DNA from: Candidatus Multivoradales bacterium | GTDB lineage: Bacteria > Acidobacteriota > Thermoanaerobaculia > Multivoradales > JAHEKO01 | Direction of reading: 5' to 3' | Assembly (NCBI GenBank): GCA_965212505.1 | Contig: OZ243123.1 | Span: forward strand, 1,617,903-1,681,902 | DNA: 64,000 nt | Shown: in pieces, positions 35,998 to 46,469 of the stretch | Numbering within the stretch: position 1 is the stretch's first letter | How the letters are laid out: each line of letters begins with the position of its first letter | Notes under the pieces: generated by a model | Told to the model about the DNA's origin: nothing | The model's database searches: none | The model's input: only the letters and a program-made list of their open reading frames with translations | Translations under genes and position numbers: made by a program

Positions 35998-36764
35998 GCG
36001 CCCTTTGGAGCGGCGGTGTCGAGCTCTTCGTCGCTTTTGTCGTTCTCGGCGCCCTCGGGAGCGGTGGCCTCTTCGGCCAGCTGTACCTCGAGGAACTCCT
36101 TGAGACGTCGGCCCGCGTCGGTGGCGATCTGGGTGAAGCGCACGCCGATGCCGGTCACTCGTTCGGCCGGCGCGGTGTGTCGCACGACCTCGGCCTCGAC
36201 CTTGATCTGACTGGAGTCGTTTGGCAACTCGAAGGAGAGCTCGACGTGAGAACCGATCGGGATGAGCGGCGCGCCGCTGAGCAGCATACCGCTCTCCGAC
36301 AGGTTCGCCGTCTGGGCCATGCGCTGGAGCGCCCCGTCGTCGAGCTTTGCTTTGAGTTCCACGAGTAGCCGAGCCGATGTTCGTGCGGCGACTCCCAGTG
36401 CCTGTGAGAGTGCCCTTTGCAAGGCTTTGGGGTCGGCCGAGGCGTTGGCGACGTTGACGCCGTCTTCCGCCAGGTGTTTGCAGAGGTCGGCTGCCTCCTG
36501 GGTGCGGGCGACAACGGCGACCGACGACGCGGCGCACGGAGAGTCGAGCGTTCGAACAGCGGCGAGGAAGTCTCGTAGATCGAGATCGGGTAGCGGCTCC
36601 TCGACTACAATCAGGTCGTAGCGCAGGTTGCCGACCAGGATCAACGCGCCGGCACCAGAAGGTACGCGGTTCACCTCGAAGCAGGCGCGATCGAGAAGCT
36701 GGGCGACTTTCTGGTAGAGCGCTCGGTCATTGATGACCGCGAGGATTCTCTGGCTCTGTCTCAT
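35994..36764 (-). CDS. Degenerate receiver domain plus PilZ domain protein
   Basis: Receiver-like YDLIVVEEPLPD; PilZ RTSAR and NLSESG motifs. Confidence 0.8.
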   Translation of the reverse strand: MRQSQRILAVINDRALYQKVAQLLDRACFEVNRVPSGAGALILVGNLRYDLIVVEEPLPDLDLRDFLAAVRTLDSPCAASSVAVVARTQEAADLCKHLAEDGVNVANASADPKALQRALSQALGVAARTSARLLVELKAKLDDGALQRMAQTANLSESGMLLSGAPLIPIGSHVELSFELPNDSSQIKVEAEVVRHTAPAERVTGIGVRFTQIATDAGRRLKEFLEVQLAEEATAPEGAENDKSDEELDTAAPKGA

Positions 36765-36872
36765 GGATGTCTGGTCTCACGCAAGAGTGACTCCGCCCTG
36801 TCAGCGAGAGTAGGTGGAGCCCCCCAGACGAGCTATTAAGAACGTCACTATCGAAACTCGGGAGCCCGACCC

Positions 36873-37664
36873 ATGGGACTGCGAATTACCCAGATCGATG
36901 CCTTCAGCGACCGCCCTTTCGCGGGGAACCCTGCCGCCGTTTGTCTGCTCGAAGAGGAACGAGACGAGGCTTGGATGCAAGCCGTAGCGGGGGAGATGAA
37001 TCTGTCGGAGACGGCGTTCCTCCGGGAGCTGCCGGATGGGTACGAACTCCGCTGGTTCACGCCCGCCTTCGAGGTGGATCTATGCGGTCACGCCACGCTC
37101 GCGAGCGCTCACTTTCTGTGGGACGAAGGGCACCTCGATCCATCGGCCGAAGCGCGCTTCTCGACGCGTAGCGGCCTCTTGACCGCGCGGCGTTCCGGTA
37201 CATGGATCGAGCTCGATTTTCCCGCCGATTCCGTCCGCCGTGTCGAGGCGCCGATGGCCGTGGCGGCAGCCTTGGGCGCACCGGTGGCCGACTATGCGGA
37301 GACCGGGCTTTACGTGCTCGCCGAGGTTGAGAGCGAGTCGATCTTGCGCGCCCTGGCGCCCGACAGCACCGCGGTTCGGGAGCTTCACCCGGTGGGAATC
37401 ATCGTGACCGCTCAGTCGGAGGAGCCCGAGATCGACTTCGTTTCGCGCTTCTTCGCTCCGAACGCCGGCATCTACGAGGACCCGGTCACCGGCTCGGCAC
37501 ACTGCTCGCTAGGGCCCTGGTGGAGCGAGCGCCTCGGCAAGCTCGAGATGGTCGCTTATCAGGCGTCGCCACGAGGCGGTCGGGTACGGGTTCGTTGCGC
37601 CGGCGACCGCGTTTTGCTCGGAGGCAAAGCGGTCTCGGTCTTGCGCGGCGAGCTGGTCGACTAG
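36873..37664 (+). CDS. PhzF-family isomerase
   Basis: DAFSDRPFAGNPAAV, NLSETAF, EVDLCGHATLA, EDPVTGSAH. Confidence 0.92.
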   Translation: MGLRITQIDAFSDRPFAGNPAAVCLLEEERDEAWMQAVAGEMNLSETAFLRELPDGYELRWFTPAFEVDLCGHATLASAHFLWDEGHLDPSAEARFSTRSGLLTARRSGTWIELDFPADSVRRVEAPMAVAAALGAPVADYAETGLYVLAEVESESILRALAPDSTAVRELHPVGIIVTAQSEEPEIDFVSRFFAPNAGIYEDPVTGSAHCSLGPWWSERLGKLEMVAYQASPRGGRVRVRCAGDRVLLGGKAVSVLRGELVD

Positions 37665-39349
37665 GGGCGCCAGCCGCTGGCGGGCACGAAGTAGACCGTC
37701 AGCCGCGCTCGCCGCTGCCGCTCGGTCGAGCGATTCTCGAACACCGAGTAGACCACCGTCACCTCGCGGCCGCGCTCGATGCCGGGGTTGTCGAGGAACC
37801 GGCTGTCGCCGATGGGGCAGTCTTTGTCGCCGACGCAGTCCGCCTGTCCGGCGTCGTCTGCCGCTTCGTAGCGGAAGCCCTGGAACTTGGCGTTGCGCGG
37901 GATCGCGACGGCGAGGATGCGACAGCTGTCGGTCGTCCACGACACCGCCTGGTGCACGCCGGAGCGCGCTTCGCCGGCCAGCAGCTCCTCGGCGGTGGGG
38001 GATACGCCTCCAATGGCCGGGCCTGCGAACCCCTTGAGACTCCCCTCGGGGGCTCGCGCAACTCGTCGCGCGGCCTCCCGGACGAGGTCGAGAGCGTTCT
38101 CCGGGCAGGCGCCGGAACCGAGCGCCTCACCGATCTCGACCGACGCGGCCGACCACTCCCCGGGCTTACACTCCGGGCAGGTGCGGTCGCGGAACGCCCG
38201 CAACGACGGACTGGGCACGCGCTCCACAGGTGCGGGGGCGGGCGCAGGATCCGCGGCCGGCTCTGGCTGTACCACGGGCTCAGGCGCCGGCTCGGCAACG
38301 GGAGGCTCGGGCTCCGGTTCGGCTGTCGGTGCCGGCAGAGGCGCGGTCTCCGCCTCGGGTTCTTCGCTTCTCACCTCGACGGGGTCGGCCGCCGGGGCTC
38401 GAGGCTCCGGCACCTCTTCGAGCGCGGGCTCGGACTCGACCGCCGCGGGCGGTGTGGGTGGCTGTACCGGCTCCGGTTCCGGAACGGCTGGAGTCGGGGT
38501 GGGTTCAATCTGCGGCTCGGGCTCGACCGCCACCGGCTGCTCGACCGGCGGTTCGCTGACCTCCGGCATCTCTACGTCCGGCTCGGGAGGGGCTGGGGGT
38601 GTGACGGGCTCCGGCTCGGGAGCTGATGCCGGCTCGGGGATCTCGACCTCCGGCTCCAGCATCTCTACGGGGGCTGGCTCCGGTACCGGCGCCTCGATCG
38701 GCATCTCCGGCTCCGGCTCGGGTACGGGCTCCGGCGCTGGAGGTGCGGGCGTCGGCTTCGGCTCTTCGATCGGCTCCGGTTCTGCCGGGGTTTCGACCGC
38801 GGGCTCTCGAGGGGTTGGAGCGGGAATGTCTGGTGCTCGCAACTCGACCGGCTCGGGCTCGGGCTCCGGTGTCGGTTCGGCGGGTGCCGGCGTGGGTGCG
38901 GGAATCGGATCGGCCGCACGCGGCGCTGGTTGCGGCGCCTCCACAGGGGTGCCGATCGCGCGCGATGCCTTGCCGTAGCGAACGCGAATCGGATTGCGGC
39001 CGGCGCCCGTCGCCTGGAGGAAAGAGGTCGTCTCGGACGCCTTCTTGCCCGGTTCGAGGGTCACCGCGGCAACGTAGGAGAGAAAATCCTCGTGACTGAC
39101 CTCGATGTTCCAGGCTCCGGCCGCGAGGTTGACAACCGCAGCCTTGCCCTTCGCGTCGGTGAGGACGGCGAACGTGCCCTGAGGAGCCTCTCGGTAGCGC
39201 AGCAAGACGCGGGCACCCACCACCGGTTTGCCCTTGCTGCTGACTTCGATTTCGATACCCGCCGGCCCCGCCCAAACCTGGGCGAACAACGGTACGGAGA
39301 GGAGCGAGAGCAGGGAAAACCCTGCGAAAGCCAGGCTGATTCTTCTCAT
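37661..39349 (-). CDS. Secreted protein: carboxypeptidase-regulatory-like domain, long Pro/Glu linker, Cys-rich C-terminal domain
   Basis: Signal peptide, GKPVVGARV...TDAKG, roughly 250 aa PEP-rich tract, CPEC and further Cys. Confidence 0.75.
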   Translation of the reverse strand: MRRISLAFAGFSLLSLLSVPLFAQVWAGPAGIEIEVSSKGKPVVGARVLLRYREAPQGTFAVLTDAKGKAAVVNLAAGAWNIEVSHEDFLSYVAAVTLEPGKKASETTSFLQATGAGRNPIRVRYGKASRAIGTPVEAPQPAPRAADPIPAPTPAPAEPTPEPEPEPVELRAPDIPAPTPREPAVETPAEPEPIEEPKPTPAPPAPEPVPEPEPEMPIEAPVPEPAPVEMLEPEVEIPEPASAPEPEPVTPPAPPEPDVEMPEVSEPPVEQPVAVEPEPQIEPTPTPAVPEPEPVQPPTPPAAVESEPALEEVPEPRAPAADPVEVRSEEPEAETAPLPAPTAEPEPEPPVAEPAPEPVVQPEPAADPAPAPAPVERVPSPSLRAFRDRTCPECKPGEWSAASVEIGEALGSGACPENALDLVREAARRVARAPEGSLKGFAGPAIGGVSPTAEELLAGEARSGVHQAVSWTTDSCRILAVAIPRNAKFQGFRYEAADDAGQADCVGDKDCPIGDSRFLDNPGIERGREVTVVYSVFENRSTERQRRARLTVYFVPASGWRP

Positions 39350-39503
39350 TCGGGCGCTCGTTCGGGTGCCGTATTGGCGGTCGGCAGGTCGCCTTCGGAG
39401 CGTAGCACAGAGGTGCTCCGGGGCCTGTCTTTCGAAGCCCGTGCGGCGGCTGTCAGCTGGGTTACCATGGGCTCATCGCGGACGATTCTGTACGGGAGGC
39501 TCG

Positions 39504-40625
39504 ATGAACCGATTGAAGGCGTTGACGGAGCAGGGGCAGGCGGTCTGGCTCGACTACATCCGTCGAGACATTCTCGAGAACGGCCACCTCGCTGAGCTGG
39601 TGGAGAAGGACGGCGTCACGGGTGTGACCAGCAACCCGGCGATCTTCGAGAAGGCGATCGGCGGCAGCGACCTCTACGACGCCGATATTCGTGCCGAGCT
39701 GACGGCCGACCCAGAGATCGCTGTGCCCGAGCTTTACGAGCGGCTCGCGATTCGGGACATTCAGATGGCCGCGGACATCTTGCGATCGACGTTCGATCGA
39801 TCCGAAGGGGCCGACGGTTTTGTGAGCCTGGAGGTCTCTCCTCATCTGTCGCACGACACGGCGGGGACCCTCGAAGAGGCGCGACGTCTCTGGAGACGAG
39901 TCGATCGTCCGAATCTCATGATCAAGGTTCCAGCGACGGCCGAAGGCATGCCGGCGATCGAGGAGCTGCTCTCCGAAGGCATTCACGTCAACGTGACCCT
40001 GATGTTCTCGATGGCGCACTACGAGGACGTTGCGCAGGCCTACCTGCGCGGCCTGGCGCGAAACCCGGAGCCTGCGAAGGTCTCGTCGGTGGCCTCCTTT
40101 TTCGTCAGCCGCGTGGACTCGAAGATCGACGCGCTCCTCGAGGGTATCGGCGGTGAGCGCGCCCTCGCCCTGCGCGGCAAGGTAGGCATCGCCAACTCGA
40201 AGATGGCCTACCAACGGTTCCACGAGCTCTTCCATGGTGAGCCGTTTGCAGCACTGCGAAGCCGCGGCGCCCGTCCGCAGCGAGTTCTCTGGGCGAGCAC
40301 CAGTACCAAAAACCCCGACTACCGCGACGTTCTCTACGTGGAAGAGCTGATTGGCGCGGAGACGGTCAACACGGTGCCGCCGGCAACGGTCGAGGCGTTC
40401 CGCGACCACGGCGTTGCCGCACAGACCCTCGACACGGGGCTGGAGGTGGTACGGACCGATTTGGCGACCCTTGCCGAGTTGGGGATCGATCTGGCGTCGG
40501 CCACAGAGGAGCTACAGGTCGAAGGGCTCGCGAAGTTCGTCACGCCGTTCGACAAGCTGCTGGCCGCGCTCGACGAGAAGCGCGCCTCGCTCGCGCCGAT
40601 GGCCGCCGCGGATCTCGGCGGATGA
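39504..40625 (+). CDS. tal: Transaldolase
   Basis: VWLDY, GVTSNPAIF, VSLEVSP, IKVPAT, NVTLMFS, FFVSRVD, WASTSTK. Confidence 0.95.
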   Translation: MNRLKALTEQGQAVWLDYIRRDILENGHLAELVEKDGVTGVTSNPAIFEKAIGGSDLYDADIRAELTADPEIAVPELYERLAIRDIQMAADILRSTFDRSEGADGFVSLEVSPHLSHDTAGTLEEARRLWRRVDRPNLMIKVPATAEGMPAIEELLSEGIHVNVTLMFSMAHYEDVAQAYLRGLARNPEPAKVSSVASFFVSRVDSKIDALLEGIGGERALALRGKVGIANSKMAYQRFHELFHGEPFAALRSRGARPQRVLWASTSTKNPDYRDVLYVEELIGAETVNTVPPATVEAFRDHGVAAQTLDTGLEVVRTDLATLAELGIDLASATEELQVEGLAKFVTPFDKLLAALDEKRASLAPMAAADLGG

Positions 40626-40660
40626 CCTGCGCCTCGGCGCGCTGACTGGGAGGACGGACC

Positions 40661-42298
40661 ATGGGATCGGTCGAGATGAGCCTGGCGGGCTACGAAGGCG
40701 CCGTCGAGCGGCGCCTCCAGGCGTGGCGTGACGACGACTTCGTGCAGCGTCTGTGGGATGGAGACTACCGACTGTGGGTCGATGAACCGGCGGCGGAGAT
40801 CACCGACCGTCTCGGATGGCTCGGACTCCCCGAAGCGATGACGCCGCGTCTGGGCGAGTTCGCGGAGCTCGCGAGTGCGCTACGCGGGATCGACGACGTG
40901 CTGCTTTTCGGGATGGGTGGCTCGAGCCTCGCCCCCGAGGTCTTCCAGAGGGTCATGGGGAATGCCAAAGGGCGGCCGCCGTTGACCGTCCTCGACACGA
41001 CGCACCCCGACGCGATCGCCTCGGTCGCGCGGTCGATCGATCCGTCACGCACCTTCTGCATCGTTTCCAGCAAGTCTGGAGGCACGATCGAAACGATTTC
41101 GCTTTTCTACTTCTTCTGGTCGCTCGTCGAGGGCAACGTCGAGGCGCCCGGCTCTCGCTTCGCGGCCATTACGGATCCCGGCTCCGGTCTCGAGGCGCTA
41201 GCGCGCGAACGGAACTTCGGCGCGGTGGTGACCGCGCCGCCTGACGTCGGTGGGCGCTTCAGCGCTCTGAGCCCGTTCGGCCTTGTGCCGGCCGCGCTCA
41301 TCGGCGGCGACGTCGAGGGGCTCGTCGCGTCCGGCGTGGCGATGGCGAGCGCCTGCGCGCCGTCCGGCGATCCCGCCGCGAACCCGGGGGTGGCGCTCGG
41401 CGCAGCGCTGGGCGAACTGGCGCTCGGAGGCCGCGAAAAACTGACGTTCTTGACCTCGCCGCGTCTCGAGAGCTTCCCCGACTGGGTGGAGCAGTTGGTC
41501 GCGGAGAGTACCGGCAAGGATGGGTTGGGGATCGTGCCGGTCGTCGGCGAGCCACTCGGAGAACCCACGAGCTACGGCGCCGACCGAGTCTTCGTTGGCG
41601 TCACCCTCGAGGGAGACTCGGGCTCCGTGGTCGAGTCTTTCCTGACGGGCGCAAAAGCTGCTGGACATCCATGCCTTCGCTTCCACTTGGAGAGCCCAAC
41701 GGAGTTGGGAGCCGAGATGTACCGTTGGGAGGTGGCGACGGCGGTCGCCAGCTCCGCTTTGCACGTGCACCCGTTCAACCAGGAGAACGTGCAGCTGGCC
41801 AAGACTCTGGCGAAGGCGGCGATGTCCGGCGAGTCCCAAAACTCGGGCGAGCGCGTCCGACAGCTGGCGTGCGACGCGCCCGGACTGGGTGCCGTTCTGG
41901 AAGAGTGGGCTGCCGGGGGCTCGGCGGGGGAGTACCTTTCACTCCAGGCCTATCTGCCGGCCGATCCGCCGATTGCGCGCAAGCTGCGGGAGCTCCAGGG
42001 CCGCTGGAGGCGTCGCACGGGCTTGGCCGTGACGTCCGGCTTCGGCCCGCGCTTTCTGCATTCGACGGGGCAGCTGCACAAAGGGGGCGCCAACAACGGG
42101 CTCTTCCTCCAGCTGGTGAACGAGCCCGACACCGACCTGCGCGTGCCGGAGACCGACTACACCTTCGGCAAGCTGATCGCCGGACAGGCCGACGGCGACG
42201 CCGCGGCGCTGTTGCAAACGGGTCGGCGCGTCCTCCGGCTGCGACTCGGCAAGTCGCCGCTCGAGGATCTCGATCGTCTCCTCGACACGATCGCCTGA
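40661..42298 (+). CDS. pgi: Glucose-6-phosphate isomerase (Tal-Pgi-type SIS domain)
   Basis: DRLGWL, GMGGSSL, SSKSGGTIET, VGGRFSAL, QLVAESTGK, PFNQ, LHSTGQLHKGG. Confidence 0.88.
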   Translation: MGSVEMSLAGYEGAVERRLQAWRDDDFVQRLWDGDYRLWVDEPAAEITDRLGWLGLPEAMTPRLGEFAELASALRGIDDVLLFGMGGSSLAPEVFQRVMGNAKGRPPLTVLDTTHPDAIASVARSIDPSRTFCIVSSKSGGTIETISLFYFFWSLVEGNVEAPGSRFAAITDPGSGLEALARERNFGAVVTAPPDVGGRFSALSPFGLVPAALIGGDVEGLVASGVAMASACAPSGDPAANPGVALGAALGELALGGREKLTFLTSPRLESFPDWVEQLVAESTGKDGLGIVPVVGEPLGEPTSYGADRVFVGVTLEGDSGSVVESFLTGAKAAGHPCLRFHLESPTELGAEMYRWEVATAVASSALHVHPFNQENVQLAKTLAKAAMSGESQNSGERVRQLACDAPGLGAVLEEWAAGGSAGEYLSLQAYLPADPPIARKLRELQGRWRRRTGLAVTSGFGPRFLHSTGQLHKGGANNGLFLQLVNEPDTDLRVPETDYTFGKLIAGQADGDAAALLQTGRRVLRLRLGKSPLEDLDRLLDTIA

Positions 42299-42314
42299 AG
42301 GCTAGAATCCAGAC

Positions 42315-43106
42315 ATGTACTCGAACCGGCCGACGTCGCGCTTCGGAGGTGGTGGCATGGGTGGGGGGTTGACCGGACCGGTGCCCCGCGACATCTGGCT
42401 CCTGCTCGGCATCATCCTCGTCACCTTCTCGCTCCGCTTCTTCCCGACGACTGCGGCGCTCACGGCGCTTCTGCAGCTCACACCCCTGGTCTGGATGCGG
42501 GCCTTCGTGTGGCAGCTGGTGACCTATCCGTTCGCCGGCTCGGGGACGCCCGACTTCTGGTTCGTGCTCGAACTCTTGATCCTGTTCATGTTCGGGCGCG
42601 ACGTGCTCTCGAGGCTCGGACGGCGCGGCTTCTGGCAGGTGCTGCTGGTCGGCGCGCTGGTGGCGTCGGTCACGGCGGTGGTGGTCCAACTGCTCTTCCG
42701 CCTGGGCGGTGTCCTGCCTGGGCCGACGGCCTTCGCGTTGATGCAGGGCCAGCATATGCTGCTGGTGATCCTGATCGCCGCCTTCGCCACCCTGGCGGGG
42801 CAGGCCACGATCTACCTCTTCTTCGTTCTGCCGGTCCAGGCGCGCTGGTTTCTCGGTCTCGAAATCCTCTTCGCCTTCCTCGGCTACCTGAAGACTCGCG
42901 ATCTGGCGGGCTTCGTGGGAATCTGCGCCGCCGTGGCCTTCACCTGGGCCAGCCTCTCGCCGGGCGGCGTTCAGATCAACCCCCGCGAGGGGTGGCTCCG
43001 GCTCCAGGCCTGGTGGATCAAGACCCGCCTTGGGTACATGAAGAAGCGGCGTGGATTCACCGTCGTTCAAGGCGACAAGCGCGACGACGAGCCCTGGGTG
43101 CACTAG
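42315..43106 (+). CDS. Rhomboid-like multi-TM membrane protein
   Basis: WQLVTYPF, LFMFGRDV, multiple TMs; no clear GxS catalytic motif. Confidence 0.6.
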   Translation: MYSNRPTSRFGGGGMGGGLTGPVPRDIWLLLGIILVTFSLRFFPTTAALTALLQLTPLVWMRAFVWQLVTYPFAGSGTPDFWFVLELLILFMFGRDVLSRLGRRGFWQVLLVGALVASVTAVVVQLLFRLGGVLPGPTAFALMQGQHMLLVILIAAFATLAGQATIYLFFVLPVQARWFLGLEILFAFLGYLKTRDLAGFVGICAAVAFTWASLSPGGVQINPREGWLRLQAWWIKTRLGYMKKRRGFTVVQGDKRDDEPWVH

Positions 43107-43237
43107 GGCCGGGGAATTCTGGCCCGCGCTAGCTGGTTGGAGTGGGTGTGCCGCAAGATCTTATGCGGTGCGACTAAGATCTTTGCGTTTGGATGAACCG
43201 AGCTCGTCACGCAGACGAAACAACCAGCAGGAACCCC

Positions 43238-45715
43238 ATGTCAGAAACCCTCACAATCCCCGTCCTCCCACTTCGCGACACCGTCGTCTTTCCTGGTGTC
43301 CTGACGCCGATTCAGGCTGGTCGCCCGGCCACTCTCGGCGCCGTGCAGGCCGCCGGAGCCACCGAAGAGAAGCTCATCTTCACGGTGGCTCAGCGCCTCA
43401 ACACCGACGTCGTCTCTCCCGAGGATCTCTACACGATCGGTACCATCGCTCGCATCGGCAAGCTGCAGGCGGGGCCCGGCTCTGTCCAGCTGCTGCTCGA
43501 GGGCTCGGGGCGCGGTATCGCCGTTCGCTTCAGCCAGACCGGCGACCACCTCGAAGCGATCGTCAAGCCGGCGGAAGATATGACGCCGGTCGACAGCGGC
43601 GATCCGGCGTTTCTGGCGCTCCACCGAGAGCTGCGCTCGCGCGCGGCCGAGTTGGGGCAGAAGGCCGGCTTCTCTGAGGGCGTCGTCGCGCAGGTCCTGG
43701 CGAATCTCTCGGAGCCGGGGCCGCTCACCGACCTGATCGCGAGCAATCTCGAGATCGATGCGGTCGAGCGTCAGGCGCTCCTGGAGACCCTCTCGGTCGA
43801 GGAGCGCATGCGGCGGGTGCTCGTGCACGTGCAGCGACAGATTGGAGTGTTGGACGCACAGGAAGAAATCCAGTCCAAGGTCCAGGCCGAGCTCGGCGAC
43901 CGGCAGCGCGAGATGGTGCTGCGGGAGCAGCTCAAGCAGATCCAGAAAGAACTCGGCGAGACGGACGAGGACGAGGCGATCGACGAGCTGGTCGAGCGTC
44001 TCCGGACGATCGAGCTACCCGAAGACGCGCGCAAGGAGATCGACCGCGAGCTCGGTCGACTCGGGCGTATGAACCGCGAGTCGATGGAGTACCAGGTGGT
44101 GCGGACCTACCTCGAGACGGTGGCTGAACTGCCGTGGACCGAGCGGAGCGACGACCATCTGGATCTTTCGGCGGCAACGCAGATCCTCGAAGAAGACCAC
44201 TACGGCCTCCAGGACGTGAAGGACCGGGTGCTCGAGTTCCTGGCGGTTCGCCAGCTGCGTGATGCGACCGAGAGCCGGAGCGACGAGGTCACCGAGGGGG
44301 GAGTCGACCCGTCAGAGTCGACCGCTTCGGAGGCCGGCGCACCCGGCAACGACGACGACAAGGCGAGCAAGGGGCCGATCCTCCTGTTCGTCGGACCGCC
44401 GGGCGTCGGCAAGACCTCGATCGCCAAGTCGATCGCCCGGGCGATGGGTCGCAAGTACGTGCGGGTCTCGCTCGGTGGCGCACGCGACGAGGCCGACATT
44501 CGAGGCCATCGTCGCACCTACGTCGGGGCGATGCCCGGGCGCATCATCGCCGGTATGAAGCAGGCGGGGACGCGGAACCCGGTCTTTCTGCTCGATGAGG
44601 TAGACAAGCTGGGTACGTCGTTCCAAGGCGATCCGGCGAGCGCCCTGCTCGAAGTGCTCGACCCGGCTCAGAACGACACCTTCGTCGACCATTACATGGG
44701 TGTCCCGTTCGACCTGTCGGAGGTGCTCTTCGTGGCAACCGCCAACTTCCTCGAGAGCATTCCGGGTCCGCTTCGCGACCGCATGGAGATGGTCGAGTTC
44801 ACCGGCTACACGGAGAAGGAGAAGCTCGAGATCGGCAAGCGCTACCTGGCACCCCGCCAGATCGAAGCGAACGCGCTCTCCGCAGAGCAGCTGCAGATCA
44901 CAGACGAGGCGATGGCGACGACGATCAGCCACTACACCCGGGAGGCCGGCGTTCGCCAGCTCGAGCGAGAACTCGGTCGACTGGCGCGCAAGGTCGCGCG
45001 TCGCATCGCCGGCGGGGAGGTCGAGCAGATAGAACTTGGCTCCGACGACGTGCGTGAGCTGCTCGGTCGCTCGAGAATCCACCCCGAGCGGGCGTTTGGC
45101 CAGGACCAGGTGGGGGTCGCCACTGGGATGTACTACACGCCGGCCGGCGGGGACATCATGTTCGTCGAGGTGACAACCATGCCAGGAAAGGGCGAGCTGG
45201 TGCTCACCGGCCAGCTCGGCAACGTGATGAAGGAGTCGGCGCGCGCGGCGTGGAGCTACGCTCGCTCGCACGCTTCCGAGCTTGGCATTCTGGACGCGGA
45301 CGGTCAGCGGGACGTGCACATCCACGTACCGGCAGGCGCTATTCCGAAGGATGGGCCGTCGGCGGGCGTCACCATGTCGACGGCTTTGGTATCGGCGCTC
45401 GCCGGTCGCCCCGCCCGACACGACCTTGCGATGACCGGCGAGATCACTCTCTCCGGCCGGGTGCTGCCGATCGGGGGCGTCAAGGAGAAGGTACTGGGCG
45501 CCGCTCGTGCCGGCATCTCCGCCATCGTGTTGCCAAAACAGAACGAGGCCGACCTCGAAGACCTTCCCGAGGAGGTGCTCGACCGGCTCGACTTCCACTT
45601 CGTCGAAGAGCTGGGCGAAGTCCTCGACCTGTCGCTGCGCGACGCCGAGCGTGAGGCGCCGGTCTATCCGGACGCCGAGGCCGACCGGCCGCTCAGTAGC
45701 GATCTAGAGCACTGA
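43238..45715 (+). CDS. lon: ATP-dependent Lon protease
   Basis: PVLPLRD, GPPGVGKT, LLDEVDK, PKDGPSAG, IGGVKEK. Confidence 0.96.
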   Translation: MSETLTIPVLPLRDTVVFPGVLTPIQAGRPATLGAVQAAGATEEKLIFTVAQRLNTDVVSPEDLYTIGTIARIGKLQAGPGSVQLLLEGSGRGIAVRFSQTGDHLEAIVKPAEDMTPVDSGDPAFLALHRELRSRAAELGQKAGFSEGVVAQVLANLSEPGPLTDLIASNLEIDAVERQALLETLSVEERMRRVLVHVQRQIGVLDAQEEIQSKVQAELGDRQREMVLREQLKQIQKELGETDEDEAIDELVERLRTIELPEDARKEIDRELGRLGRMNRESMEYQVVRTYLETVAELPWTERSDDHLDLSAATQILEEDHYGLQDVKDRVLEFLAVRQLRDATESRSDEVTEGGVDPSESTASEAGAPGNDDDKASKGPILLFVGPPGVGKTSIAKSIARAMGRKYVRVSLGGARDEADIRGHRRTYVGAMPGRIIAGMKQAGTRNPVFLLDEVDKLGTSFQGDPASALLEVLDPAQNDTFVDHYMGVPFDLSEVLFVATANFLESIPGPLRDRMEMVEFTGYTEKEKLEIGKRYLAPRQIEANALSAEQLQITDEAMATTISHYTREAGVRQLERELGRLARKVARRIAGGEVEQIELGSDDVRELLGRSRIHPERAFGQDQVGVATGMYYTPAGGDIMFVEVTTMPGKGELVLTGQLGNVMKESARAAWSYARSHASELGILDADGQRDVHIHVPAGAIPKDGPSAGVTMSTALVSALAGRPARHDLAMTGEITLSGRVLPIGGVKEKVLGAARAGISAIVLPKQNEADLEDLPEEVLDRLDFHFVEELGEVLDLSLRDAEREAPVYPDAEADRPLSSDLEH

Positions 45716-45737
45716 GCGGCGGTCGGGGCGCCGGTTG

Positions 45738-46469
45738 CTAGCTGCCGTCGGCGAGGCTGTAGTTGACCATGACGTTGAGTGAGCCGTCCTGGCCCATGAA
45801 CGTCATGTTCACCGAGTTGCCGCCGCCGCACTCGAACGTCGCGTTGCGGGTGCCCATCACGTCGGTGCGCGACAGGTTGCACTCGCCGCCGAGCGCCTCG
45901 CCCTGCCACTCGACGAGATCGTCCATCGAACCGTCGCTCGAGTAGTTCAGCATGCCCGAGTACTGACCGTTGCTGCGCGAGGCCACGGTCGGGTTGACGT
46001 TGTCGGCGTCGGGGAAGAGGAGCACGTCGGGTACGTTCGACGTGTCGCCGCCGCCGCCGAAGATGTTGAAGTTGACCTCTTCACCGTCCTCGCCGTCCGT
46101 CGTGCCGCTGACGCCGCCTGGGCCGATCGCAATGTTGCTCGTCGCGCCATCGGGGCCGGTGACCGAGAACTTCCCGTCCTGGATGTCGGCGAAGCTCAGG
46201 GTCATCCGCTCGCCGTCTTTCTCGAACGTCACGGTCTCTTCGTCGGACTCGATGAAGTCGGTGTCGGGGTTCATCTTGATCGCCATCTCGGCCATCTTCT
46301 TCGCCGGGTTGTCTTCCATCTCCTCGACGAACTCTTTGCCCTTCTTGGCGACAAAGAAGCCGCCGACGCCGACAGCGACGATGCCGAGCAGGATCACTCC
46401 GACACAACCGATCGCGATCCACGCGAGCGGTCCCATCCCCTTCTTCGCAGGCTGCGCACCTTCATTCAT
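45738..46469 (-). CDS. Single-TM anchored hypothetical protein
   Basis: KKG.GPLAWIAIGC TM anchor, acidic beta-rich domain; RBS GGAG. Confidence 0.7.
   Translation of the reverse strand: MNEGAQPAKKGMGPLAWIAIGCVGVILLGIVAVGVGGFFVAKKGKEFVEEMEDNPAKKMAEMAIKMNPDTDFIESDEETVTFEKDGERMTLSFADIQDGKFSVTGPDGATSNIAIGPGGVSGTTDGEDGEEVNFNIFGGGGDTSNVPDVLLFPDADNVNPTVASRSNGQYSGMLNYSSDGSMDDLVEWQGEALGGECNLSRTDVMGTRNATFECGGGNSVNMTFMGQDGSLNVMVNYSLADGS

Noticed and set aside
38230-38900. Repetitive GGCTCCGG-rich DNA as a possible repeat array or CRISPR
   Set aside because: Encodes the Pro/Glu linker; no constant repeat-spacer periodicity
39504-42298. tal and pgi as a broken Tal-Pgi fusion or readthrough
   Set aside because: Different frames, a 35-bp gap and a separate RBS (GGAGG) for pgi; both genes look intact
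44260-44370. Acidic insertion in Lon before the Walker A motif
   Set aside because: Low-complexity variable loop; too short for an intein and without intein terminal residues
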